Positions 12,826 through 24,900 of a DNA stretch of 64,000 nt are shown piece after piece. The notes under the pieces are model-generated. The model saw nothing but the letters and a program-made list of their open reading frames with translations, made no database searches and was not told the origin of the DNA. Source of the stretch: Amoebophrya sp. A120 (taxonomy: Eukaryota; Protista; Dinoflagellata); NCBI GenBank assembly GCA_905178155.1, contig CAJINV010000004.1, forward strand, positions 5,330,258-5,394,257, written 5' to 3'. Both the position numbers and the translations under genes were made by a program. The stretch's first letter is position 1, and each line of letters opens with the position of its first letter.

Positions 12826-13610
12826 CGAGCCGGATCACGATCAGCGATCAGCCGCGGGATGTTAGACCTCTCAGCTGATCATGCTGACCACGTAGCGCTA
12901 GCTGCGTATAGTCCATCATCCGTACATTTATATATCAATCTTCATCTTCTCCGCCGCCACTTCCTCATCGACACGCCCTCTCCTCGGGGCGGCTTTTCAC
13001 CGCCAGCAGTTCCTCATACGCGAGCAGCTTTGAACCGGCACCGCACGAAAATTACGAGGACGACACGATGGAAGAAGAATGCGAGGCAGTTGGGAACGAA
13101 CCGGAACACGGCGCACGAAGTCGTGACATGAACAACAAAATTATTTCAGCTGTAACTTACTTAAGTATTTATTAAGATGAAGATCGGTGAACAAGGAAGA
13201 AAACTAGTAGTACTAGCTGCGCTCGTCTACACTAAATGTTCTTGATCGAGAGCAGGGCTCGAGTCTTGCGCCTACCTTTGCACGACCAGATGTCAGAGCA
13301 CTGATGGTGATGGTGTTGACCGCAGGCACCAGCGCGCCACGTCACAGAGTTGAGAAAGGTATTAAAGGTCGTGGCGCTGGTTGTACTTCCGTTTCGGCCT
13401 CGTGGCATCTGGATCTTTTTGAAGATGAGCTTTGACGTGCTTTATTTGTTTTCAATTTTCATCCAACGCTCGTTGTAAACACCAAACCTGAAGAAGCTGC
13501 TCCTTTGTACTATGTTGGTGCAAAGCGTAAACGAAAACGATACCGATCTTCCGGGCGGGGCGGGAAATAAAATAACGCCTAAACTAGCTGGTGGAGCAAA
13601 CCACGATCTG

Positions 13611-14908
13611 CGTTCGATTACTGTTTGGATTTACTGGTGCGGCACATGGTGCACATAATCCATTGGATTACAAACAGCGGCTCCAAAAAGAAAAAAAACT
13701 AAAACAAGAAGTATGTCACTTGTGCTTTTCGAGTTGTCAATGAATTAGTTTTGCCATCAAATACAGCTATACTGCTTCAACCACATATAAGTGCTTTAGC
13801 AAAGAGCCAGAAAAAAAGACTACTTTCAACCTGAAACGCCTGGGCTTTTACTTGCGCCCGTTCTTAAGTAAAGATCCAGAAAAATGGACTTTCCGCCCCT
13901 GTTTTGATTCATGATCATGCTTTCGGGATTATTACTACAAAACCCGCTAAAACGAAGTTCAGCGGGTTCCCTGGGTTGACTGCGGCGCGCGGCTATTCTA
14001 CTGTTTTACCACGTAAGCATTAGTAGTAGCTTAGGCGCCTTGTCTTGTTTTTTCTTCTTTCTGTTAGGAAACTAGTGTGGCGGACGAGCGACAGCCTCTG
14101 TAACACGATCGCCGCTTGCTACATTCACCCGCCCCCGTTCGAGGACGGGTCGAGCCTCGCAGTGTCGTGCTCTTTAACTTCTTAACTATGCGCGGTGGCT
14201 TCACGCTACTACCTACTTTACCGCCTCAACAAGCGCCTCGACAAGTTCTCTACTCTGTCTCCGTTCCCATCTCCACCACCTTCCACTTGGCGCACCCTCA
14301 TTGCCCTAGACCCACCTGTTTCGATGTGCCCTGGCCGACGCAGCTGGTCACCGGTTCCGCTCCTCCCGCGCTAACACCCCAGGACTGCTCCTGCAGCCAG
14401 AGGTGTCATGTACTGCAGATAGACCTAAAGCGAGGGGGGAAGGGTGGTGGGATTTTTCTGGGTGCGGGTTTTTCGGAGAAGTTGCCCGGCTGAGCGTAGT
14501 CCCCTCGTCCGTAGCAGTTTGTCGGCTTTGTTCGTTTTCGTGTTGGCGGTCTCTCTCCTAGAGCCTCCCGACCCAGCTCGCTATTTTGTTCAGGTCCCTC
14601 GCCTGGACCTTGCTCGGCTTTTTCTCCGGTTGCCACTCTGCCACGTCTTTGTAGTCCGCCTCGTCAAAAACCGCCTGTCCTCCTCTGATCGCGTTCGCTA
14701 GCCCCGTGGGCAGAATTCCTCCGCGTGTCTGCGAGGTCTTCTCGTAGAAGTTCAGGATGTTCTTCACGTTTTTTCGCTCACGGACAAAACTTATGCATGG
14801 ATCCATGGCTTTTATGCATGGCGCGCCTAAGTGTTCTTTTCGCAATTGCACTAATTGTTCGTTCGATTACTATTTGGATTTACTGGTGCGGCACATGGTG
14901 CACATAAT
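13611..14908. repeat. 49-bp direct repeat pair
   Basis: 13611-13659 and 14860-14908 differ at one base. Confidence 0.85.
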
Positions 14909-15915
14909 GTGTGTATTTGATCGGATCTGATCGAAAACGAAATCGAAGTATGTGCAGCTGGTGCCCAAAGTAACTACCAACACGCAGACTTCGACTTCTC
15001 GGAGCAACACACAGGAGAGATACAGCTCTCGGATGAAAGCCCCCGTTTTGTTTTCGCCGGTCCGCACTGCCGGGGCTTTAAAACGTTCTTTTATCAATCC
15101 ATTTTGAAAAAAACACGCACTGCCGTCTAAAAATGAGTTTATTGTAGTTACTATATGCATTTGCGTATAGGAATTTGCTTCTTGGAAATAATCTGTAGTA
15201 TCGACAACATTCCATCGGAGTGGAAGGATGTTGATGTGCCAATTTCCGCATGCCCATGCAGGCTCGAAGTAGGCGGCATATCCAACAACATTCATTGTTC
15301 TCTGAGTAGTTGAAGTAGTATAATGTAGCACTTCCGGCTGCAGCGGCAAGACGAAGAGCCTCGTCGGACCGGAGTTGTGAGCATGAGCATCCAGAAGAAA
15401 TAGTCGTACTTAGCAGGGGCGCAGGCGATGCCACCCTTCTTTGAAAAAAAAAAACACAACTCGCATATGATCTGCATCGAAATCAAAAGACAACTAAAAT
15501 CCATGCCTTCGATTTCTCCATGTAGTTGGTTAGCCACCCGCCCAGCAGCGGCAACCGCAACGGTGTGCATAATGAAGTTAAAGTAAGTACTTAGAAACTA
15601 AAGCAAGACCACATCAAATAGAAAAAACGAAAAGCGACCGTAGTCAGTGACAAGAAAGTCCCCGACAGCGTCGTTGTGCAAAAAAAAGTCGCATAAAACG
15701 AAAAACTAATCCCTTTCATACAGACACAAAAAAAATTCGTACAGCTGCTACCAACAGACAGGCTAATACTTAGTATTTCTAGTTCATACACAAGTGGGGA
15801 CATATTGGTGGAAATGGTGGTCTCTTCGTGTTCGGTAAGTATTCATACAACTACAATTATCCCCCTGCTGCGTAATCTGAGCAACCATATTCATAAGTAG
15901 CAATGCAGGAGCGAC

Positions 15916-18900
15916 CTAGGGGCGGCCGAAAACCTTAATCTCGTTCAGAGCGAGGTAGCGGGTATGGATGTGTCAGAGTTGAAATCGACAGAGTTGAAAA
16001 AACTTTTAATTAATGCATAAAATCGATACCAGTTGGAAGCCTAATTTCTTAGCGGCGCAGGACAAATTTGAGTAGAGCCGAAATCCAGTTTGTTATGCTG
16101 TTTGGGTAAGGAAGACGCCTTTTGTCATGCTACTTTAGCAGCTCCATTTCTACCCCGAAACAGGCTTACAATCTGCCTCCCTTGCCTACTCTGCAAGACA
16201 GGTCTTTTCTGCATTGCATTTTATGCATGACAAACTATTTCAACTTTGACGATTTCAATCCTGACAGTTGCATAGCGGGTCCGGTTTTCGTACACGGGCG
16301 GGAGTTCGACCCACTATCAACTGCAAAAATGTCTGGGTCTGGAAACTTGTAATGCTAAAAGTGAATGGTAGACGCACTGCAATACGCAGCTATGCATGAC
16401 AAATTTTTTGGCTGCCATGTCTTACGTATTCCGCATGGCACACTGCGTTTTTGCATGACAGGGAAGAGGGCCTTTTCGTGCCTATGCAACACAGATTCTC
16501 GAGTCATGCCAGACAAGCATGACAAACTTGCATTCTTCCAGACCCAGACACTTTTGCATTTGATACCCACAGGTACCGGGCGATCCGCGTGTTACAATCG
16601 AAGTCGAAGCGGCGCGTGTTTGCGGTGCCGTCCCCCTCGTAGGCAATGAGGGAGGACTCGTTGCTGTTCAAAGACAGCGGCACACTGCACTCGTAGTTGT
16701 CGAACTTCGAGCGGCGAAACGGCGCCGCGCGGTACCGCCCCTGGCACCCATGGGTCCGGTATCAAAAGGAAACATCCCCCCTCCCCATATCAAAGCGGAA
16801 ATCTGTGATGCAGATTTGTGGGAGCTTTGTCATGCTAGAAGGGAAAAGATGCGGGCTGTAGTGCTGGGTGCCGTGGGAATAAACCTTTGCGTCTTCAACA
16901 TAACAAAAAACAACTAAAAGTGGGAAACAGCATGGCAAATTGCCTGCAACCGAGGCCACAACTGCGGCTCTTGGCCTTCTAGCAATACAAGTCGACTTGT
17001 GTACTCAAATACAGCATGACAAATTTCGTTTTCGATATGGGGAGGACGGATTTTTGCTTTTGATATCCGGTCCGGGATGGGGACGCGACTCGCGTACAAG
17101 CACTCGGCGTCCGACACGCCCACGACGAGGTTGGCTATCACGTGTAAAAATGTCTGGGTCTGGAAGATTCTGAGACTCGTCATGTAAGTTTTGCATGAGC
17201 CATGATGTCTGTGATGCATGCCCTAGCATGACAAATGTCTTGAGGGCTTCCTGATGCCTATTCCGCATGACAAATGCCCTCTTCCCGTAGCAAAAAATAC
17301 ACTCTCGCCCTTGCTGCTCATGCAATACAGATTTTTTTGGAATCCAAATGCAGCATCACAAGTTGCGTTCTTCCAGACCCAGACATAATTGCACTCGATA
17401 TTGGCGTTCGCCACCCAATTTTCCTGGCACTCCTCGCCCAGCTCGGTATCGGTGGGCACCGTATCAACTGCAAATATGTCTGGGTCTGGGAGATTGCGAG
17501 ATTTGTCATGCTAGTCTGGCTTGACTCTGGGATCTGTATTGCGTGGCAACCAAGAGCAGCTCTAGCCTGTCATGCAAACACGCAGTTTGTCATTCATAAT
17601 ACGCAACACAGTAGCATGAAAAAACTTGTCATGCATGTCGGCGACGGCGCATGATTGTCCTTATTATTCAGTGACCTGCATCACAACTTTCCAGACCCAG
17701 ACATTTTTGCATTTGATACACCGCTGCGGAGAACGACTCGTTTCGCGCCACGAACAGAATCCTGGAGCAATCCCGCGACTTTGCGAACACCTGCACCCGG
17801 GTGATGGGTATCAAATGCAAAAATGTCTGGGTCTGGAAACTTGTAATGCTAAAAATGCATGATAGATGCACTGCAATACGCAGCTATGCAAGACAATTTT
17901 TTCGGCTGCCATGTCTTGCGTATTCCGCATGGCAAGCTGCGTCTTTGCATGACAGGTGAGAGGGCTTTTTCGTGCCTATGCAACACAGATTCTCGAGTCA
18001 TGCCAGACAAGCATGACAAACTTGCACGCTTCCAGACCCAGACACTTTTGCATTTGATAATGGGCAGGCTCCGTCCGAAGTCCAGCTCCAGAAAGGGCGC
18101 CACCTCGGGCCTCGTTTGGCAGTAACTGTCGCTGGCCAACGTGTTGTTGTCCACGCACCGCACCGCAGACACCTCGTCGCGGTAGGTAGTCGAAAGCCGC
18201 ACCTGTGTCGGAGCGATCTCTTGCTCCGGGAAAGTTTCCAGTATGACAGTGCACAACTCCCCCTCCCCCTCATTTGTCATGCAAAACCCCAAATCCACGC
18301 GCAGCTTCCCTGTGGCACTGTTTGCATGACAGATTCCGGAATCTTCCCAAACAGTACTAAAATAGGCGCATGAATTTGTCATGCATAGGCTCCTTGTGTG
18401 CTGGTGTTTTTTATTGCCGTTCATGCTATACGAATGAGGGGGAGGGGGAGTTGTGCACTGTCGTATCCAGACTCGGCCACCCACTCGCGCTCGAGGGGGG
18501 CACCGGACCCTTGCCCACCATCGCTGGATTCTCGAGCCAGACGGACAGCGACCCGGTCGCGAAACTTATGGCGTCTATGAGAGTGCACAAGAACTACTTC
18601 CCCTCTCCCTCATTTTGTCGTGCAAAAATAAAACGCAGTTCCAGCCACTGCCACACATCGCTCCCTTGCATGACAGACTTGGAAAATAAAATCCAAACAG
18701 TACTACAATCCGCACGCCTGATGTTTTTTGTCATGCAGAAGCTACATTTCTGCCTTCAGATGATGGGGAGCGGGAGCTGTGCACTCTGATAGCGTCCACC
18801 TCTCCGACAAACTTCACACCGATGACGCTCTTCACCGTTAGCTGCTGGTTGAGCCGATCCCGGAGCGTCTGCTGCTGTGCGGGACCGATTCCCACGTCGG

Positions 18901-21900
18901 CCGCCCACGCCTGTTCGAACACGTCCTGCGTGGTGTTTGTTATCCCACAGAAAAAGCAGGCAGGGTGCGTATGCGTTTGTAATGCAAAATAAATAACTCG
19001 CATTGCATACTTATCCCTATCCCAAACAGCACGATATGGGCGAGCCCGTTCCGAGAGCTTCAGCTTTCTGTGAACTTCTCATGCTATGCGTTTAAAAATA
19101 TGCTCTGTCTGTCTTTTTCTGTGGGATATTCTTGGCCCGTAGCCCAAAGGCAGCAAAAACCTGCAGCACCATCTCGTTTGTGTAGGTTAAATCCTCCGTT
19201 ATTTCCGCCACCTCGACAATTAGAGCTTTCAGAAATTAGTTCCCAGAGCAGTTCCTAAAACCTTCGGCTTTCAAAAATTTTGAAGCAGGTGCGTAGGATC
19301 TGCGTTTCGACCGGTAGTCCCGGTCTCACTACAAGTCCTACACACGCGACTTACAGAAATTGGTTCCCAGGACTTCCGTGTTTTTTCTACATCGCCTCAT
19401 TTCGACACGCGGATCGAACTTTCACGAGCAAAGCGGCAAAGTTCGGCACTTTGCGCGTGAAAGTTCTCTGGCAGCTCACATCCGCGAAGTTCTCGGATGT
19501 GAGCTGACATCCGAGGAATTCTTGTATGTGGGATCCTGGGAACTAATTTCTGTAAGTAGGGTGCGTAAGATCTGCATTTCGATCGGTAATCCCGACCTGA
19601 GTGCAAATCCTACGCACGCGACTTACAGAAATTAGTTCCCAGGATTTCTTCTAGAGTCTCAAGGTGCCTCTGAGGCACCTTGAGATTCTAGAAGAAATCC
19701 TTTGAGATTCTAAAAGAAATCCATTGGATTTCTTTTAGAGTCTCTTTGTGTTCTCAGGAAGTTGCAAGCTTGAAAAGGTCTCGCGGAAACCCCTTTCCGA
19801 GACCCTTTGGTGGACCCCTTTGGTGGACCCTTTGTTAGGTCGTGACTAAGGTACTTTGCGCGACCCTTTTGAAGACCCCTTTGCAAGACCCCTTTCCGAA
19901 CACTTTTTCCGGAAGTTTTCTTGTAGAAACTGAGTTCCTAGAAGAAAACGCAGATTCTTCTTCTAGAAGAAGCTGCGTCTTCTTCTAGAAGAAGACGCGA
20001 AGTTTTGTCTTCTTCTAGAAGGCTGGTCTTCCTGTAGAAGACACAGCTTTTTTTTCTTCTAGAAAACGCAGCTTCTAGAAGAAGCTGCTTCTTCTTCTAG
20101 AAGAAGCTGCGTTTTCTTCCTAGAAGAAAAAGCAGATCGCTCTGCACATGTGTTCAGGAGCACACTTCTAGAACCTAAGCTTTCACTCTGGAGCACACTT
20201 CTAGAACCTTCAGGAGCACACTTCTAGAACCTTCAGATCGCTCTGCACATGTGTTCAGGAGCACACCATTTTTTTCAAACCTAAGCTTTCGGGAACACCG
20301 GTAGGAACTAATTTCGTAGGTTAAATCCTCCTTATTTTCCGCCACCTCGACAAGGGTGGTCGGCTCGGGCTCCTTTTGCGGCGGTACTAGTTCATTTTCC
20401 CCGAGGACCTCGTCCCGCGCTTGTCTCGGAAGTTTTTCATTTTTCCGTTCTTTCGCTTCAATGATCTCCACGTGGTCCTTCTGTCGGCTTATTTCTTGTT
20501 CCGGCTCTGCTCTACTTCTCCGTGTTGTATCTGCAGCGAGAGCGACTGTTGAAGAAGTGCTCGTACGAGCGACATGATCTTCTTCCCTATGGGTGGAGGT
20601 GTCGTGGTCCTCTTTCGGCTGACTGTGCTGAAACTCTTGGTCCTCAACCTGCTCTCCTCGTCCCGCGCGATTAGTTGTAACTGCGTGCTCCTGTTCCTGT
20701 TGTCGCTCTTGTTCTTCCTCCTGCTGCAGCTTGAGAGAAGTAGTGCCGCTCGCTGCGCCGGACGCGGAGGTGCTGGTCCTAGTACTTCTTTTACTTGTTC
20801 TTCTTGTGCTCGTTTTCATCACGACGTCTTGCTGCAAAAGGAGCGCTGTCCCGCTGACGCCGTTGGGGGCGACCGCAGTCTATTGAGAGGAAAAATCCCC
20901 CCTCCCCATGCATATTGAAAAGGCACGTTTCCGAAAATTTGCGTTGCTGATTTGTGACCACAAATCAGGTTTGTCTTGCAAGAAGACAAGTGCAGAGGCA
21001 TCCGCCCAATTGTGAAGCAATTTGGCATGCTGTTGGTCCTAGAGGGTAGCCGTTTGCAATGCTGAACAACTAGACCTGAGCGCTCCCACCCAGGCTGCGG
21101 ATCTGGCAGGGGTGCCGTACTGCAAGACAAGTCGGATTTGTGTAAGTACACAAATCAGCATCAGAAATCTCCATTTTGATATGGGGGATTTTTCATTTTG
21201 ATACGGTCGACAAGATCGTTAGGGTGGCGTCTTCAATCTGGAACAGCTCAATGCCCTGCACCCCGAGATCGTCCTTCACGAAGGTCGCGAGCCCCTGCTG
21301 CAGGGCGGCCAAGAGGCCCGCGTCGGTCTCCAGGTCCGCCAGTCCAAGCGTGGCCGTGTTGTCGACGGTATCAAATGCAAAGATCTCTGGGTCTGGAAAC
21401 TTGTGATGCTGAATTGTGGATGACTGAAACACTTCGCAATGCAGCTGAGCATGACAAGTTTCCCGCACACTTTCTCATGCGCATTCCGCATGAGAAACTG
21501 GTGCGCTCTTGTATGCCAAAAGAGGGCACTATCTTTTTGCTAGTCATGATGCAACACAGATTCTACAGGAGTGCAGGGCTAGCATTACAAGTTCCATGCT
21601 TCCAGACCCAGACATATTTGCAATGCATAGACGGTGAGGTAGTGCAACATCTCGCGGACCGCCAGCGGCAGGGTCGAAGTGGTGGTAGTCGTGGTGGTAG
21701 TGGTGGTGGTGGTGGTGGTCGTGGTGCTGATTGGGACCGGCGCTAGCGCCTTCGCCTGGTACAAGAAAATCCCACAGAAGCTCTATTACACTGAAAAGTG
21801 CCAGCAACCCGCAAGTTGGACTTGGAACTGTTTCTGATGCATCTCTTGCATGACAAGCGCCGCTCTTTCTGGGCTCTTTTGTAATACCAATAATAGCCGC

Positions 21901-24900
21901 CTCAGCGGGGGTAGTGAGGTCATGACGGTTTTTTTGTCTTCACTCCAAAAAACGACACGGCCTCCCTTCCCACCATGCCGCCGTGAGTAATGTTATGCAC
22001 GACGGCACGGCGGTCGCTAAAAATCTCGAGCCAGCGGCGGCCTCCATTTGGTTTCGACATGAAAAACCTTCCCCGCATGCTATGGCCCCGCCAGGGTCGG
22101 CCCCTTGGGAGCCCCAAATCGGGCCCATAGCGTGCGGATTGGCTTTTTGCTTTTGGCGGACTTTGTTTTTTTTTTGTTTTTTTTGTTTTTTTTTTGTTTT
22201 TTTTGTTTTTTTTTTTTTTGTTTTTTTTGGGCGCATCATTCATCGCAACTCTAATCACATAGTCAATCTTCTTTTTTTGTTTNNNNNNNNNNNNNNNNNN
22301 NNNNNNNNNNNNNNNNNNNNNNNNNNNNNNNNNNNNNNNNNNNNNNNNGGCCCATAGCACGCGGATTGGCTTTTTGCTTTTGGCGGACTTTGGTTTTTTG
22401 TTTTTTTTTGGAAAAATGCCGCATCTTCTGGCCTTAAGTCCGCCTCTGAAATAGCGGATTTTGGTGGCGTCTTTTGCGGGGCCCGACTGTGGGCCAAAAT
22501 GGGGCCCATACCATGCGGATTTGCTGTTTTTTTCGGATTGTTGCTTTTCGGGCGCCCCTTTCTGGGCGCCCCAAACCGCCAGAAGCTAAGGCGGTGGGCG
22601 CCTCAGAAGGGCGCCCCTTTTGCCGGCTCCCCTGCGTCGTTTTATCAAGCGGGAATCGATAGTTTTCGACCGGGCTTGTTTGACGGCAAAGCCCCGGCAG
22701 CTTGATAATTGAAAATTTTTTATGTCAATAAACACTTTCGCCCGCTTGAAAACTGCCGGCCGTTTTGCGCACTGCATGGCAAAAAAAACAGCCAGGGTAG
22801 AACGTTCGTGACCTCACTACATACAAATTTTCACCATTAAAAATCTGTGATTTTTATACATGAAACAGGGAGAGTGTTCCCATTTTTGGGAAGCTTTGCA
22901 ATACAAATGCTTCCACGTTCTGGGGTCGTCGTGGGGGCACTTTTCAATATGATAAGCTCAGCCCCGTCGCGCTGGAGCCGGTCGCCGCCTGGATGCGCAT
23001 CGACTTAAACGTGCGGTTGCCCACCTGATCGGGAAAGGGGACCCAGGTGCCGCCATATTGACTGTTGACGTCCGCTATCAACTGCAAATATCTCTGGGTC
23101 TGGAAACTTGTGATGCAAGTCAGGGAGCAATGCGCGCACTGTAATGCACTGCCAAGCATGAACAGTTTTTCCGTGGTTCTGAGTTACGTATTCCGCATGA
23201 GAAACTTTGTCTTTGCATGACAGGCAAGTGGAGCTCTTTGCGGCCACGCAATACAGAGCTCAGAGTCATGTCAGACAAGCATGACAAACCTTGCATCCTT
23301 CCAGACATCCAGGGGTATTTGCAATGCCTATCCGCCGGCAGGGTAAAGGCGAAGTCCGTCTCGCCGTCAAAAAATACTTCCGCGCCAGAGAGTATCGCGA
23401 GAAAAAACTAAATCGGTCTCAACTTGTAATGCGCAACTTCCTTGAGACAGTTTTTTGTCATGCTGGAGATGGAAGAATAAAGCAGTCTTTCCTATGTGTT
23501 TTCTCTCGCTGTCTGAACGCATCACAAGTTTTTTCTTTCTTCCGACTTCGCAAATTTCTTTTGCTGGATCTGCACCATCAAAGGTTTGAGACTCTGAGAC
23601 ATCAACAGTTTTTCGTACGATAAAGAGGCTGTTTGCGGGCGGCGTGCTCCCGACGGTGGGGTCGCGCGCAAAAATCTCGAACCCGGCCACTGCCTGCTCG
23701 AACAGCGGCCAGTTTTCCTCCGTCGCGGCCGTGAAGTCCACCTGCCAAAAAGGGAGGACGCCGGTGGCCGCGCCAACGTCGCTGTGACAGCAGAGTCGCG
23801 CGGTGTCGGCCACTGCAGTCGCGTAGTCGGTCTCGATGCCGGCGGGGGTGCGGTCGGGGAATATCACACAGAAAAAAGCTGGCAGGGCACATTTGTAATG
23901 CAAAAATAAATACACAAAAAAACCTGTATTGCATATCGAACGCCGCATGCTATGGGGCCACCCATGACCAGTTTTTGTGTGTATTTATTTTTGCATTACA
24001 AATATGCCCTGCCAGCTTTTTTCTGTGTGATAGGGAAAATCCGGTTCCAAACGTTGCCCGCCCCGCACACATATCAAATGCAAAACTGTCTGGGTCTGGA
24101 CACTTGTGATGCTGTGTGGCGTATCATGGGGACGCCACAAGTGCTGGCTCAGCATGACAAGTTTCTGTAGCTTCTAGGTGTTGCCTACTCTGCATGACAG
24201 ACCGCGTTTCTGCACGACAGAAAAGTGGGGCCCTTGGGTAACGTGCATGACAGATTTGAGAGTCATGCCAGACAAGCATGACAAACATGCACTCTTCCAG
24301 ACCCAGACATTTCTGCATTTGATAGTACACCCTCCGCGCCGCCCGCGCAGTCCCCAGTAGCCAAGTCGGCCGGCCCCTGGGACGCCGTGAACTGCGCACT
24401 GTCCAGGGGCACCAGCGCGCCCAGGTATGAGAATGCACAAGAACTCGTGGTCGCCCTCATTTGAAGGTGGGCATGAAGAACAGCAACACAAGCAACAGCA
24501 GAAAAGGGGCTCCTTCGTCCGCATGCTAGCCAAAATCTGCACGCGGATTCTAGTACTGTTTGAGATTCCAAAATTTTGTATCATGCAAGTTTGGTGCTTA
24601 CGAGCAAGAAGGTGTGAGCTCCACTTCCAGGCTGCAGCGTTTGGTGCTTTGCATTACAACTGAGGGCGAGGAGGTGAACTTCGAGTTGTGCACTCTCATA
24701 CCACAGCGGGAAAACGCGGAAGGTCGGCTCCGCCGCAGTAGCAGAGCCGCAGGTGGTTGTTGTCTGGGCTGATCGCGTCGCACCGGGAACGAAACCCCTT
24801 TTGGTACGCTCCCAGCGGAAACAAGAGGCAAGACCAGTCCCCGCCGGTGCCGCCGACCTCCGCCGCAAACAGCGGAGCGAAGGAGAAGTGGTCGGCCGCG

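Noticed and set aside
14406-15570. Minus-strand ORFs of 76-159 aa
   Set aside because: No recognisable motif, and no paralog or intron-junction support.
16315-18059. CRISPR-like array of recurring ~30-bp repeats
   Set aside because: The repeats come as inverted pairs bounding elements, the intervening sequences are exons of variable length, and there are no cas genes.
21680-21730. (GGT/CGT)n microsatellite, also at 40830-40890
   Set aside because: Encodes poly-Thr linkers within the CDS.
22121-22410. Duplicated sequence either side of the N gap
   Set aside because: May be a scaffolding overlap next to a poly-T tract; cannot be trusted.
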